A program made the position numbers and the translations under genes. From positions 538-64,537 of the forward strand of contig CALWTE010000002.1 in the NCBI GenBank assembly GCA_944384375.1: 64,000 nt of DNA, given 5' to 3'. Below, piece after piece: positions 26,884-35,083 of the stretch; the first letter of the stretch is position 1; every line of letters begins with the position of its first letter. Under the pieces are notes generated by a model. The model saw nothing but the letters and a program-made list of their open reading frames with translations, searched no databases and had not been told where the DNA came from. The DNA comes from an uncultured Clostridia bacterium (lineage in GTDB: Bacteria; Bacillota; Clostridia; Christensenellales; UBA1242).

Positions 26884-28806
26884 TTACTGGCTATTTGCTA
26901 CTGATGTTCCGTTTTCTGCTAATTGTGTCAAGCGTTTGTAGCGCTTGTGTTGTCTAATATGCTCTAGCATTTTTTCTTTTAATTTATTTTTATTTTTGTT
27001 TGCTTTTTCAAAATCAGCACTCAGCATAAATGCTGTATGACTACTAATATGCAAATCGTGGTCGTGTATTTCTAGAACTTCGGGGTCTTTTCCTTCTAAA
27101 AACTCTTGATTTTCACGTTTTGCTTTTTCTACTTGCAAACTATTGTTATCAAGGGCATCTTCCCAAATTCCAAAGCCCAGCATTTCCATTACTTTTAAAC
27201 GCATAGCGTTAGATAATTTACCATTCTCGTCATGTAACAAGCCTGCTTGCAATAATTCAAACACCATATTACGTTTTTGTGCAACAGTTTCACCGATTTC
27301 ACTTTCGGTTTCAAAACTTACATCGTCACTTGTTATTTCACTACTATCCCAGTAAAACAACTTGCTTGCGCCATTTTCGCCTACAATTTTGTTAATTCTT
27401 TGTGTCGTAATGAATTGTTTATATAGTCTCAAAATTTGTCTACCTATTTCTTTAAGAGCAAATCTTATATACTCGCCTGATGCCGAAATGCGCATATCTT
27501 CTTGTTCAACTAATACTTGCAATGCTACCCCACTCATATTTGCTAGCGCGCTAGTATTTGTTCCAAACAAATCGTTTACACCGCTGATATTTATAAATTC
27601 ACTAATTAATTTATCTTCTTCGTCTCTAAAATCTACAGGCAAACTTGAAGTGGCCAACATTTGCGGAGCACGTGCGCCTTGTCTATAAATCAAAACTTTT
27701 CCAGGACTCAAGCCCTCGTCTTCTAGGTTTTCAATATCAACAGAGCCGTCTTCTACACTCATAACCCCCATACAAAGTCTATTCATAAATTCGTGTTTTC
27801 TATTTTTTACTGCATTATACGCTCTTTGGACTGGAATACAACGTTCTACAATTGAAGTTCCCCAAAAAAGTGATGGCTGACTAATACTAATTTGCCGAAC
27901 AAAAGGAAAGCCCCTTTCATTATTTTGTAAATTTTTATAAGGCAAATCGCCATTATATAGCAATTTATCACCAGCAACAATTATCAACCTACCATTTGGG
28001 AATTCGTCGTTTGGCATTTCGTAACGTTCAATCACTAATGCGTGATTGTGTTTTACTGTTTTTGCAACTTTTGCCGAATGACTGGCGTAACCTAGCCCGC
28101 CCGCAACCTGTGAGTTTTGCAAGTTATATGTATCAATATCTTCGCCAGGGATATCAACGCCCCAGTGCTTTTTAATGGTTTTTACATCATAAGCGCGTGC
28201 ATGAATTATACTTTGGCAACTTTCAATTGATTCAGCAGTGTTACTATCAGGATAAATTTCAAAAGGCGAACAAACCAAAATATCCACATCGCCTTCATAG
28301 ATTTTTTCACCTAAAGTGGTTAGTCCTACGACAGACCCCGCCGAGTCATTCCAAACTATTTTGTAGAACACAGTACCACAGATTTCACTCCAGCGTGTCG
28401 CTAACGAAACAAGCTTGCTCAACTCTAGTTTTGCAGTAATTGACTGTAAAATATCCTTACAAATATGAGCGTTGCTTACGTCATCTTCGTCATTACTTGC
28501 TGGTAAAACGGTCATTTTAGGGCGAACTGTTGCAAGTTTTGATAGCCTAGTTTCAACTAATGGTGCGATGTGATTATAAACTTCACGTTCTTGCCAAAAA
28601 TATTGCTTATCAAAATCGTCTAATGTGTTGTTAATTCCTATACCGCAGTACTGATTACCCATTACAAAATTCATATTTAATTGCCATTGAGCATCAAAGG
28701 GACGACGTTCTTCACGACGTCTTTCAAAATCTTTTAAAACTTCGCCGACTAATTCTTTTTCTTGCAAAGTTTTACTTTTTTGTGTTTTTTTGATATCTTT
28801 TTGCAT
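26884..28806 (-). CDS. Portal protein-like (640 aa)
   Basis: Size and position immediately downstream of the terminase module. Assignment is by synteny only. Confidence 0.6.
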   Translation of the reverse strand: MQKDIKKTQKSKTLQEKELVGEVLKDFERRREERRPFDAQWQLNMNFVMGNQYCGIGINNTLDDFDKQYFWQEREVYNHIAPLVETRLSKLATVRPKMTVLPASNDEDDVSNAHICKDILQSITAKLELSKLVSLATRWSEICGTVFYKIVWNDSAGSVVGLTTLGEKIYEGDVDILVCSPFEIYPDSNTAESIESCQSIIHARAYDVKTIKKHWGVDIPGEDIDTYNLQNSQVAGGLGYASHSAKVAKTVKHNHALVIERYEMPNDEFPNGRLIIVAGDKLLYNGDLPYKNLQNNERGFPFVRQISISQPSLFWGTSIVERCIPVQRAYNAVKNRKHEFMNRLCMGVMSVEDGSVDIENLEDEGLSPGKVLIYRQGARAPQMLATSSLPVDFRDEEDKLISEFINISGVNDLFGTNTSALANMSGVALQVLVEQEDMRISASGEYIRFALKEIGRQILRLYKQFITTQRINKIVGENGASKLFYWDSSEITSDDVSFETESEIGETVAQKRNMVFELLQAGLLHDENGKLSNAMRLKVMEMLGFGIWEDALDNNSLQVEKAKRENQEFLEGKDPEVLEIHDHDLHISSHTAFMLSADFEKANKNKNKLKEKMLEHIRQHKRYKRLTQLAENGTSVANSQ

Positions 28807-28814
28807 TTTTTACC

Positions 28815-29018
28815 TCATTTTTCATTATTTTCTAAATAAAATTTACTTTTTACAGATTTTGGAATTATGATTTTACCTAATTGCATGTATAAATCAGTCA
28901 TACATTCTTTACATAAATTCACACTGTATTTGTTAAATTTAATGTTGCAAAAAATAATATTTTCACAACCTAATTTACCAGCACACCGTACCCGCTTGTT
29001 TACAATATTTACTTTCAT
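28815..29018 (-). CDS. Small Cys-rich zinc-ribbon-like protein (67 aa)
   Basis: CAGKLGC...C...CKEC cysteine pairs. Tightly packed between the 97-aa gene and the portal. Confidence 0.45.
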   Translation of the reverse strand: MKVNIVNKRVRCAGKLGCENIIFCNIKFNKYSVNLCKECMTDLYMQLGKIIIPKSVKSKFYLENNEK

Positions 29019-29019
29019 T

Positions 29020-29313
29020 CTAAGTACCCCCTTTTGAAATACTTGCTAGTACTTTTTCTCGTAATTTTTGTAATTCTTCATCACTTAGACTTTTAATTTT
29101 TTCCAAATTCATTTCATTGCTTTTTTCCAGCAAGGCTTTTGCCGCATTTATATCGGGTGGAATGTGCTTTTTTGTGATTTTTTTCTTAACAAGTTTTAAT
29201 TCATTCTCATCATTTACATATTCTTCAACAATTTCGTCAACAGAATAGCCCATTGCTTTTTTTAATAATGTTTTGGTTAATTTGTCATTTTCATCCGTTT
29301 TAATAATAACCAC
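29020..29313 (-). CDS. Small basic protein (97 aa), possible small-terminase/DNA-recognition subunit
   Basis: Overlaps the TerL 3' end by 14 nt. KKKITKKHIPPDINAAKALLEK resembles small-terminase-like proteins. Weak. Confidence 0.35.
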   Translation of the reverse strand: MVIIKTDENDKLTKTLLKKAMGYSVDEIVEEYVNDENELKLVKKKITKKHIPPDINAAKALLEKSNEMNLEKIKSLSDEELQKLREKVLASISKGGT

Positions 29314-30754
29314 CCCTTTTTAAATTGTTGTGCCGAACACGTGACAGCAATTTTTCTTTGTGAATTTGTATCATTGTTGGTTTTTCCTTTTCCAAAGTGG
29401 CATTTTCTGGGCGGGACATAATATAATAGCGCAAATCGTCCATCGCGTGGTCGTCTTTTTTAATGGGCGCATCTTCATTTCCCCACCAGTAGCCTTTAAT
29501 TTCGCGAATCATATTCACACAATTAGAAAAAATAAACAATTTTGCTTCATTTTTTGCATTTTTTAAGTAACTTTTTACTCTGGATATGCCTGAAAACATA
29601 TCTTTATTTACATTTGTGTTTACATTTATGCCATAATCATAAAACAACTCGCTGACACTTTTTGGACTAGAGAGCGTGCGTTGATTGGCTGCCGAATCTA
29701 TCAAACAGTCATAAAAACCATTAAAATTTTGCTTCCAACCTAACTTTTTGCAAATTTCTTTAATTTTGTTTGCATGATACTCTATTGTCTGTTCGGCTTC
29801 ATAATGTTCGGCAATGACATACACATTCCCATCATAATCAACTGCATACCAATGGCAACTTAAAGGGTTGTGTAGACCAGGGTCAATGCTTATTTTATCG
29901 TACCAGTCAGTAGGAACTTTGAATGGCTCTATAACGTGAGTATTGATATCAAATTCACTATAAACTAGCCCACCACGTGCCGAGAATTTACCAAACCTAC
30001 GTGATTCCAACTCATCAGGACTCAAAACACTGCTTAGACTATCAATTTCCGCTTTTTGCAAAAAAGGATTATCCGCCCACTCCATTTCTATATACCAGAC
30101 TTCAGCATCGTTACTTTCATTTAAGTAAATTTTATCATAAACCCAAGTCAGCCCTTTTAGCGGAGTCATTGTTCCAAAAATGTCGCCCACTTTATCCAAA
30201 ACTCGCATACGACATTCTAGATAGATATCAAAGGGTGGTTCTTCGTCAAACCAAACCCAATCTAGACTAGTACCCTGAAATTTTTCTCTACCCTGGTCAC
30301 AAGTTTTAAAGCCGATTTTACTGACGCCACCGAAAATGTTTTTGATTAATATGTAATCTATAACTCCACTTTTTGGTGAATCTTTTCTACCATTCAGCAT
30401 AACTATATCTACAATCCAATCGGGATTTAAGTAATATAAAATTTTATCTTGTGCCACATCACGCTGAACCTGTTGACTAAGACTAACCACCCACCCTTCC
30501 GTATTTGGTTTATTTTCTCTAAATGGATGAATGCCTCGTGCTAGCCAAATTGCTTCAACCGCTCCGCATTGCGTCTTGCCACTTCTATTGCCACCAAATA
30601 CCCATCTATTTCTTTTTTTACACTTATGAAACAACATTTGTTTTTTATGTATTTTTTTACCTTTGTTATACTCTTGTAGTTTGTTATTTTCTTTCCGTCT
30701 AGCAATTTCTTTATCAATTAATTCTAAGTTATATAGGGCTTCATTTAATTTCAT
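29300..30754 (-). CDS. terL: Terminase large subunit (ATPase plus nuclease)
   Basis: Walker A FGGNRSGKT and Walker B LDWVWFDEEP. The C-terminal half has a D-rich RNaseH-like nuclease pattern (IDPG..., DDHAMDDLRY). 484 aa. Confidence 0.85.
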   Translation of the reverse strand: MKLNEALYNLELIDKEIARRKENNKLQEYNKGKKIHKKQMLFHKCKKRNRWVFGGNRSGKTQCGAVEAIWLARGIHPFRENKPNTEGWVVSLSQQVQRDVAQDKILYYLNPDWIVDIVMLNGRKDSPKSGVIDYILIKNIFGGVSKIGFKTCDQGREKFQGTSLDWVWFDEEPPFDIYLECRMRVLDKVGDIFGTMTPLKGLTWVYDKIYLNESNDAEVWYIEMEWADNPFLQKAEIDSLSSVLSPDELESRRFGKFSARGGLVYSEFDINTHVIEPFKVPTDWYDKISIDPGLHNPLSCHWYAVDYDGNVYVIAEHYEAEQTIEYHANKIKEICKKLGWKQNFNGFYDCLIDSAANQRTLSSPKSVSELFYDYGINVNTNVNKDMFSGISRVKSYLKNAKNEAKLFIFSNCVNMIREIKGYWWGNEDAPIKKDDHAMDDLRYYIMSRPENATLEKEKPTMIQIHKEKLLSRVRHNNLKRGGYY

Positions 30755-30877
30755 TATCTACCTTTTAGTATAAAAAATATAATTTTCGCGTTCTTTTTGT
30801 TTAAAATTTGTAAAAAAAACAATAATTGCATTAAGAAAAACAATCATTGTTTGATAAAATAGCATAGGAGTTTAGTT

Positions 30878-31687
30878 ATGCGTAAATATTTATACATTTT
30901 TATTGCATTAATATTCATTTTTCAAATAAATTATTTTTGTAATCTATCGCCTACTTTTGCGCAAGGAGAAGTGTATTACCGAATCACTGGGCAAGAAGTT
31001 ACGCTATATCGCACACCCGTCTTAGACGAAGATTATAGCAATATTTATTTCACTTTGCCAACTAGTTATTTTGTAAAATTTATAGCGGAAGAAAATGAGA
31101 ATTTTTTAAAAGTTCAATATATTGATTTTGTGGGGTACGTGCTAAAAACTGATGTTACACAAGTTTATTCTACACCTGTAACACCATACTTTACTCAAAC
31201 TTTTACTGTCTTTGGAACAGCGAATCCAGTAGTTTGGAGTCAGCCTAGCACTCAATCAACGTATTTAGGAAATATTCCTTTTAATGCAGAAAGTGTAACT
31301 TGCTTTGGTGCTATTAATGGAGAAATCGCTCTAGAAAATGGTGGTAGCACGTGGTATTTTTGTCGCTACACTAGTTTTGAACAAGGCATTTTAACGGGTT
31401 ATGTTTATGCAAATTTAACTACTAATTTAAGTGAGTTTGTGGAAAATACCGAAATCGTCGAGACCGAACCATCGCAAGAAACTTCGGGTGAAATCTTTGC
31501 ACCTGAACTACAAAATGGCACAAGTATTATTTTAATTGTTGGCCTGTGCATCTTTGCTCTCATACTTTTAGTTCTAGTATTCAAGCCTGAAAGACGTCGC
31601 AAAAAAGCAGAAGCAAAACGTCAAATTACGACACTTAATAGACTAGCAATACCTGATAAAAACAAGCACGATGAATTAGATTTTTAA
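30878..31687 (+). CDS. Secreted, C-terminally anchored protein with two SH3b-like domains
   Basis: Signal peptide. VTLYRTPVLDEDYS...FLKVQYIDFVGYVLKTDV fits SH3_3. C-terminal TM helix IILIVGLCIFALILLVLVF plus RRRKK. Confidence 0.6.
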   Translation: MRKYLYIFIALIFIFQINYFCNLSPTFAQGEVYYRITGQEVTLYRTPVLDEDYSNIYFTLPTSYFVKFIAEENENFLKVQYIDFVGYVLKTDVTQVYSTPVTPYFTQTFTVFGTANPVVWSQPSTQSTYLGNIPFNAESVTCFGAINGEIALENGGSTWYFCRYTSFEQGILTGYVYANLTTNLSEFVENTEIVETEPSQETSGEIFAPELQNGTSIILIVGLCIFALILLVLVFKPERRRKKAEAKRQITTLNRLAIPDKNKHDELDF

Positions 31688-31694
31688 AAATTTG

Positions 31695-31717
31695 TGCATA
31701 GTACTACGTATAGTACT
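31695..31717. repeat. Palindromic motif variant TGCATAGTACTACGTATAGTACT
   Basis: Same half-site family. A further half-site AGTACTATGCA at 31835-31845 lies inside the 3' end of the regulator gene. Confidence 0.6.
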
Positions 31718-31828
31718 TTTTTAGTAAAAATTAGATAAAAAGCATTAAAATATTAGTTTTTTATTAATTTTTGCTCAAAAAACGTTAAATTTTAGCAATT
31801 TTTTTGGCTTTTCCATTTTTTATCGTAC

Positions 31829-32407
31829 TCAAACAGTACTATGCACATTTGATTTCACTTGCCTACCGTACCCTAAACTTAACACCTTGTCAATGCCGTG
31901 TAGAGTGGGTACTTTTAGACGCACAAGCTCTGGGTGACTTTTCTTAAATCTATCAACTATTGAATTATATACACCAATAATCCAGCCTTCATTCTCTAGC
32001 AATCTCTCTAAGTCTTCACACTTGTACCCCAAATCGTAGATCCTATCCATACAGTTACGCAAATATTTATTCATACGGCGCGCTAATGTCCTATTATTCA
32101 TTTTATACTCATCTGCCAACTCGTCAATAGCGACTTTGTCTATGTAAAATTTTATTAAAATTCTTGCTTCTTGCCTATCGGTATTTTTAAGTGATTCTTC
32201 TACCATCCATTTTACAATAAGTAATCTTTTTTTGCGCTGTATCAAATCAATAATTGCTTCCATTTTTGCTAAAGTGGTTGACTCGCCCGAATCAACAGTA
32301 TAGCTATGCACACTTTTTTCCATAACTAGTCTATCAATACTGCTAATTAATCGGCTCAAATATTTATAAGATTCAAAAATCGTTTTTGCCCATATTAATT
32401 TTTTCAT
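31829..32407 (-). CDS. Sigma-70 region-4-like / ArpU-RinA-Xpf-type late transcription activator candidate (192 aa)
   Basis: Central segment RQEARILIKFYIDKVAIDELADEYKMNNRTLARRMNKYLRNCMDRI has the region-4 HTH pattern. GGAGG lies 7 nt upstream of the ATG at 32405-32407. Confidence 0.45.
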   Translation of the reverse strand: MKKLIWAKTIFESYKYLSRLISSIDRLVMEKSVHSYTVDSGESTTLAKMEAIIDLIQRKKRLLIVKWMVEESLKNTDRQEARILIKFYIDKVAIDELADEYKMNNRTLARRMNKYLRNCMDRIYDLGYKCEDLERLLENEGWIIGVYNSIVDRFKKSHPELVRLKVPTLHGIDKVLSLGYGRQVKSNVHSTV

Positions 32408-32505
32408 AAAAATCCTCCAAAATTTTTTCAAAAAATCAAAGCATCTCTGCGTTTTGCTACAAATATTATTACAAGATGTTATGAATTGTCAATATTTTAG
32501 GACAC

Positions 32506-32555
32506 TTTTTTGCAAATTTTTGTAAAATTTTTTAATTTTTGCAAATCTGTAATAT
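32506..32555. repeat. Two direct copies of TTTTTGCAAAT(N)TGTAA(N)AT in the divergent intergenic region
   Basis: Copies at 32506-32528 and 32536-32555, between the regulator gene and the 601-aa gene. Confidence 0.5.
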
Positions 32556-32777
32556 ATTTGAGTTTTCAAACAAACGTTCTAAGTATATTTATAAATTATT
32601 GACACCTAGTATGCAAATTATTTAATAAGTTTAAAAAATTTTAGTTTTTTGTTTTATCATTTAAATTAAATATGATATAATATTATTATTAATAGTTTAA
32701 TAGTAAATTGTTATAGAGATTTATAAAGTTGCTAATTTCAATATAAAATATCAAAAAGGTTTCTTTAGGAGTTACTT

Positions 32778-34583
32778 ATGAAAAAATTTTGGTTAAATAG
32801 TCTTATCTTGTGCATTTGCTTGCTCGGGTGTCTAAGTGCGGATACCCTATTTGCTAGTGGCACTCAGTTTAATGCCGTCAACACACCTATAAATATTAGC
32901 GTAAGTGAAACTACTCCGCAAAGCATTGACGATTTATATTATAATAATAATTCACTTTTTGTTGTGGATAGCACGGGCAAAAATATTTTTAAAATAGATT
33001 TAGACACTGACGAACAAACCATAGTTTTTAATGATAATGACATTGTGCCTTTTGATATTGTTATTTCTAATGAACAATTGATAATTTCGTCTAACAATAT
33101 GTTCGTTTATATTGTAGATTTAAATAATGACAATGCTAGCGAAAGTTTTTCTCAAGAAATTCGCTATTATTATAATAATGGTGAAACAAGTGGTTTAACT
33201 TCTACAAACCGAAAAGTAGTAGCGAGTGCTACTGGCGAAGTATATTTTATATGGGATAGTGTAATTGCTAGACTAGATTTAGAAAATGACAGACTTGAAC
33301 ATTTTGCAACACTAAATTATGATGAACAAAATTTAACCTTTACTGACGGAGAATTTTTCGTAACCGAAGACAATTCAACCATTTACTTTACTATTGAAAA
33401 TTCCATCTATTCTCTTGACACGAATACGAAAAACATAACATTACTAGACAATTCTACCCTAGCAAATCCTAATCAAATTGATTTCTTGACTTTTGACAAT
33501 TTAGGTAATACCTATATTTTAGACGGCTCAACTTTAATAAAAGCGAACACTACTGGCACTGAAACTGTGACTTTAAGTGATATAAATAATATTGAAATCA
33601 ATTTAGAAACGGGACAAGTCTATACAGCGAACACGAATCAGCTCTACCTTACAACAATTATAGATGATGCGGGCAATCCTTTTATATTAGGTTACAAAAA
33701 TGAACCTGCTCCTGTTGATTTAAATGATATTGAAATTTCAAATGAACTTGTAAAAGTCATTGAAGCAAACACAGAAACAAACTTATACACATATAAAAGT
33801 TTGCAATTTACTACAACAACCTACGAAATCGGTAAAAAATTAATTGTTTTAGATGAAAGCGATTCTAATTTCTACTATGTTTATGACAGTAATTTTGCCG
33901 ATAGTGAATTTGGCTATATGCTCGGTTATGTGCTAAAAGACGATTTTAATATTTGCCCAAACACCTTGCCTAGTGATTTTGTATCAAGTCAACAAGGCAA
34001 AATTATAGTGCAAGAAAGTAAGGTTTTTGTGCTACCTACCAGTCTAAATATTGATGCTGATACTAAGGCTAAGTTTGCAACAAAACTAGACTACAACACT
34101 ATTGTAACGATAATTTCCGCTCCTATAATGCCTACCGATGCCGAAAATGTAGCTTTCTATGCAATTAGGCTAACTATTGATGACCAGGAAGTTATTGGTT
34201 ACATTGACAGTAGAACTGTTATAAACATTCAAGACGAAACTTTGCCAAACACCCCTGTAGCAAATGCTACCACAAGAGCAGAAACGATTGTATATCTTGA
34301 AGAAACTTGCGAAACAGAGATAGAAACAATTCCGCAAGGCATAAATGTACGTATAATTAGTAGTGCAGACGGTGTTAGTCATATTCAATATTTTATAGAT
34401 CAAGACGGGCAAACGATTATTAAAGAAGGTTATGTTAGGACAAGTTTTCTTGATGATGGCACACTTACACTAACTCAGATTTTAGGTATAGTTTTAATGA
34501 TTTTATCTATTATTATTGCTATTATTATTGCCATTGTAATTAATAAAAGCAAAAAGAAAAAGGAAGAAAGCAACTCTTTATAG
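32778..34583 (+). CDS. Secreted, C-terminally anchored protein: N-terminal beta-propeller-like region plus three SH3b-like modules (601 aa)
   Basis: Signal peptide. Repeated blade-like segments. SH3b-like strings ending GYVLKDDF, GYIDSRTV and GYVRTSFL. C-terminal TM helix plus KKKKEE. Confidence 0.6.
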   Translation: MKKFWLNSLILCICLLGCLSADTLFASGTQFNAVNTPINISVSETTPQSIDDLYYNNNSLFVVDSTGKNIFKIDLDTDEQTIVFNDNDIVPFDIVISNEQLIISSNNMFVYIVDLNNDNASESFSQEIRYYYNNGETSGLTSTNRKVVASATGEVYFIWDSVIARLDLENDRLEHFATLNYDEQNLTFTDGEFFVTEDNSTIYFTIENSIYSLDTNTKNITLLDNSTLANPNQIDFLTFDNLGNTYILDGSTLIKANTTGTETVTLSDINNIEINLETGQVYTANTNQLYLTTIIDDAGNPFILGYKNEPAPVDLNDIEISNELVKVIEANTETNLYTYKSLQFTTTTYEIGKKLIVLDESDSNFYYVYDSNFADSEFGYMLGYVLKDDFNICPNTLPSDFVSSQQGKIIVQESKVFVLPTSLNIDADTKAKFATKLDYNTIVTIISAPIMPTDAENVAFYAIRLTIDDQEVIGYIDSRTVINIQDETLPNTPVANATTRAETIVYLEETCETEIETIPQGINVRIISSADGVSHIQYFIDQDGQTIIKEGYVRTSFLDDGTLTLTQILGIVLMILSIIIAIIIAIVINKSKKKKEESNSL

Positions 34584-34651
34584 CAAATTGAATTTAATTT
34601 AAAATTTATTTATAGTACTTTATTTATATGTAAATATTTCTTACCAAATAC

Positions 34652-34725
34652 AATAACATAAGAAATGAAAGAAACTAAGATACTTTAATTAACCATGGGA
34701 CTATCCCGTGGTTTTCTTATAACAA
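34652..34725 (+). repeat. Right copy of the imperfect ~75-nt direct repeat (partner 18543-18619)
   Basis: AATAACATAAGAAATGAAAGAAACTAAGATACTTTAATTAACCATGGGACTATCCCGTGGTTTTCTTATAACAA. It contains the hairpin CCATGGG-ACTAT-CCCGTGG. Confidence 0.75.
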
Positions 34726-34726
34726 T

Positions 34727-34761
34727 AAAGAACGCTTTACCATTGTGATAAAGCGTTCTTT
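34727..34761. terminator. Strong hairpin AAAGAACGCTTTA / TAAAGCGTTCTTT
   Basis: 13-bp perfect stem directly after the right repeat copy. T-rich tail on the minus strand. Confidence 0.55.
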
Positions 34762-34875
34762 ATTCTGCTAGTTTCAAAGTTTAATAACCTTCTGTGACTT
34801 TTTTATAATTCATTTCATTAATTAAAAACTTAATTATATATTAATTCAACAAATAAAATCTTGATTGCGAATTTA

Positions 34876-35015
34876 TTTTCATTAATTAAATCATTTACGC
34901 AAACTTTTTACTAATTAATAACTTAATTTCAAACTTTTTCGCTAAATGAATTTTGTTTATAAACAGTTTAATTGATTTTTTCATTAATTTAATCTTTTAC
35001 GCAAACTTTCACTAA
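34876..35015. repeat. Two ~38-nt direct repeats (TTTTCATTAATTWAATCWTTTACGCAAACTTT-ACTAA), with a third partial copy near 34811-34829
   Basis: Copies at 34876-34914 and 34976-35015, inside a ~500-nt gene-free region. Confidence 0.6.
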
Positions 35016-35083
35016 AAAATCCATTTCTACAAATTAAAGTATTATATATGTATTGTTTTTATTTGTTAATTTTTAAAAACCGT

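Larger units (their letters stand above)
18657..32407 (-). mobile_element. Phage-derived packaging/head/short-tail gene island lacking integrase, replication, lysogeny and endolysin genes (prophage remnant or domesticated particle system)
   Basis: Contiguous virion-type ORFs from TerL to a holin-like protein, plus a sigma-region-4-like regulator. See the individual CDS entries. Confidence 0.7.

Noticed and set aside
34811-35015. CRISPR array
   Set aside because: There are only two or three imperfect AT-rich repeats with unequal spacing. The repeats have no palindromic core, and no cas genes occur anywhere in the window.
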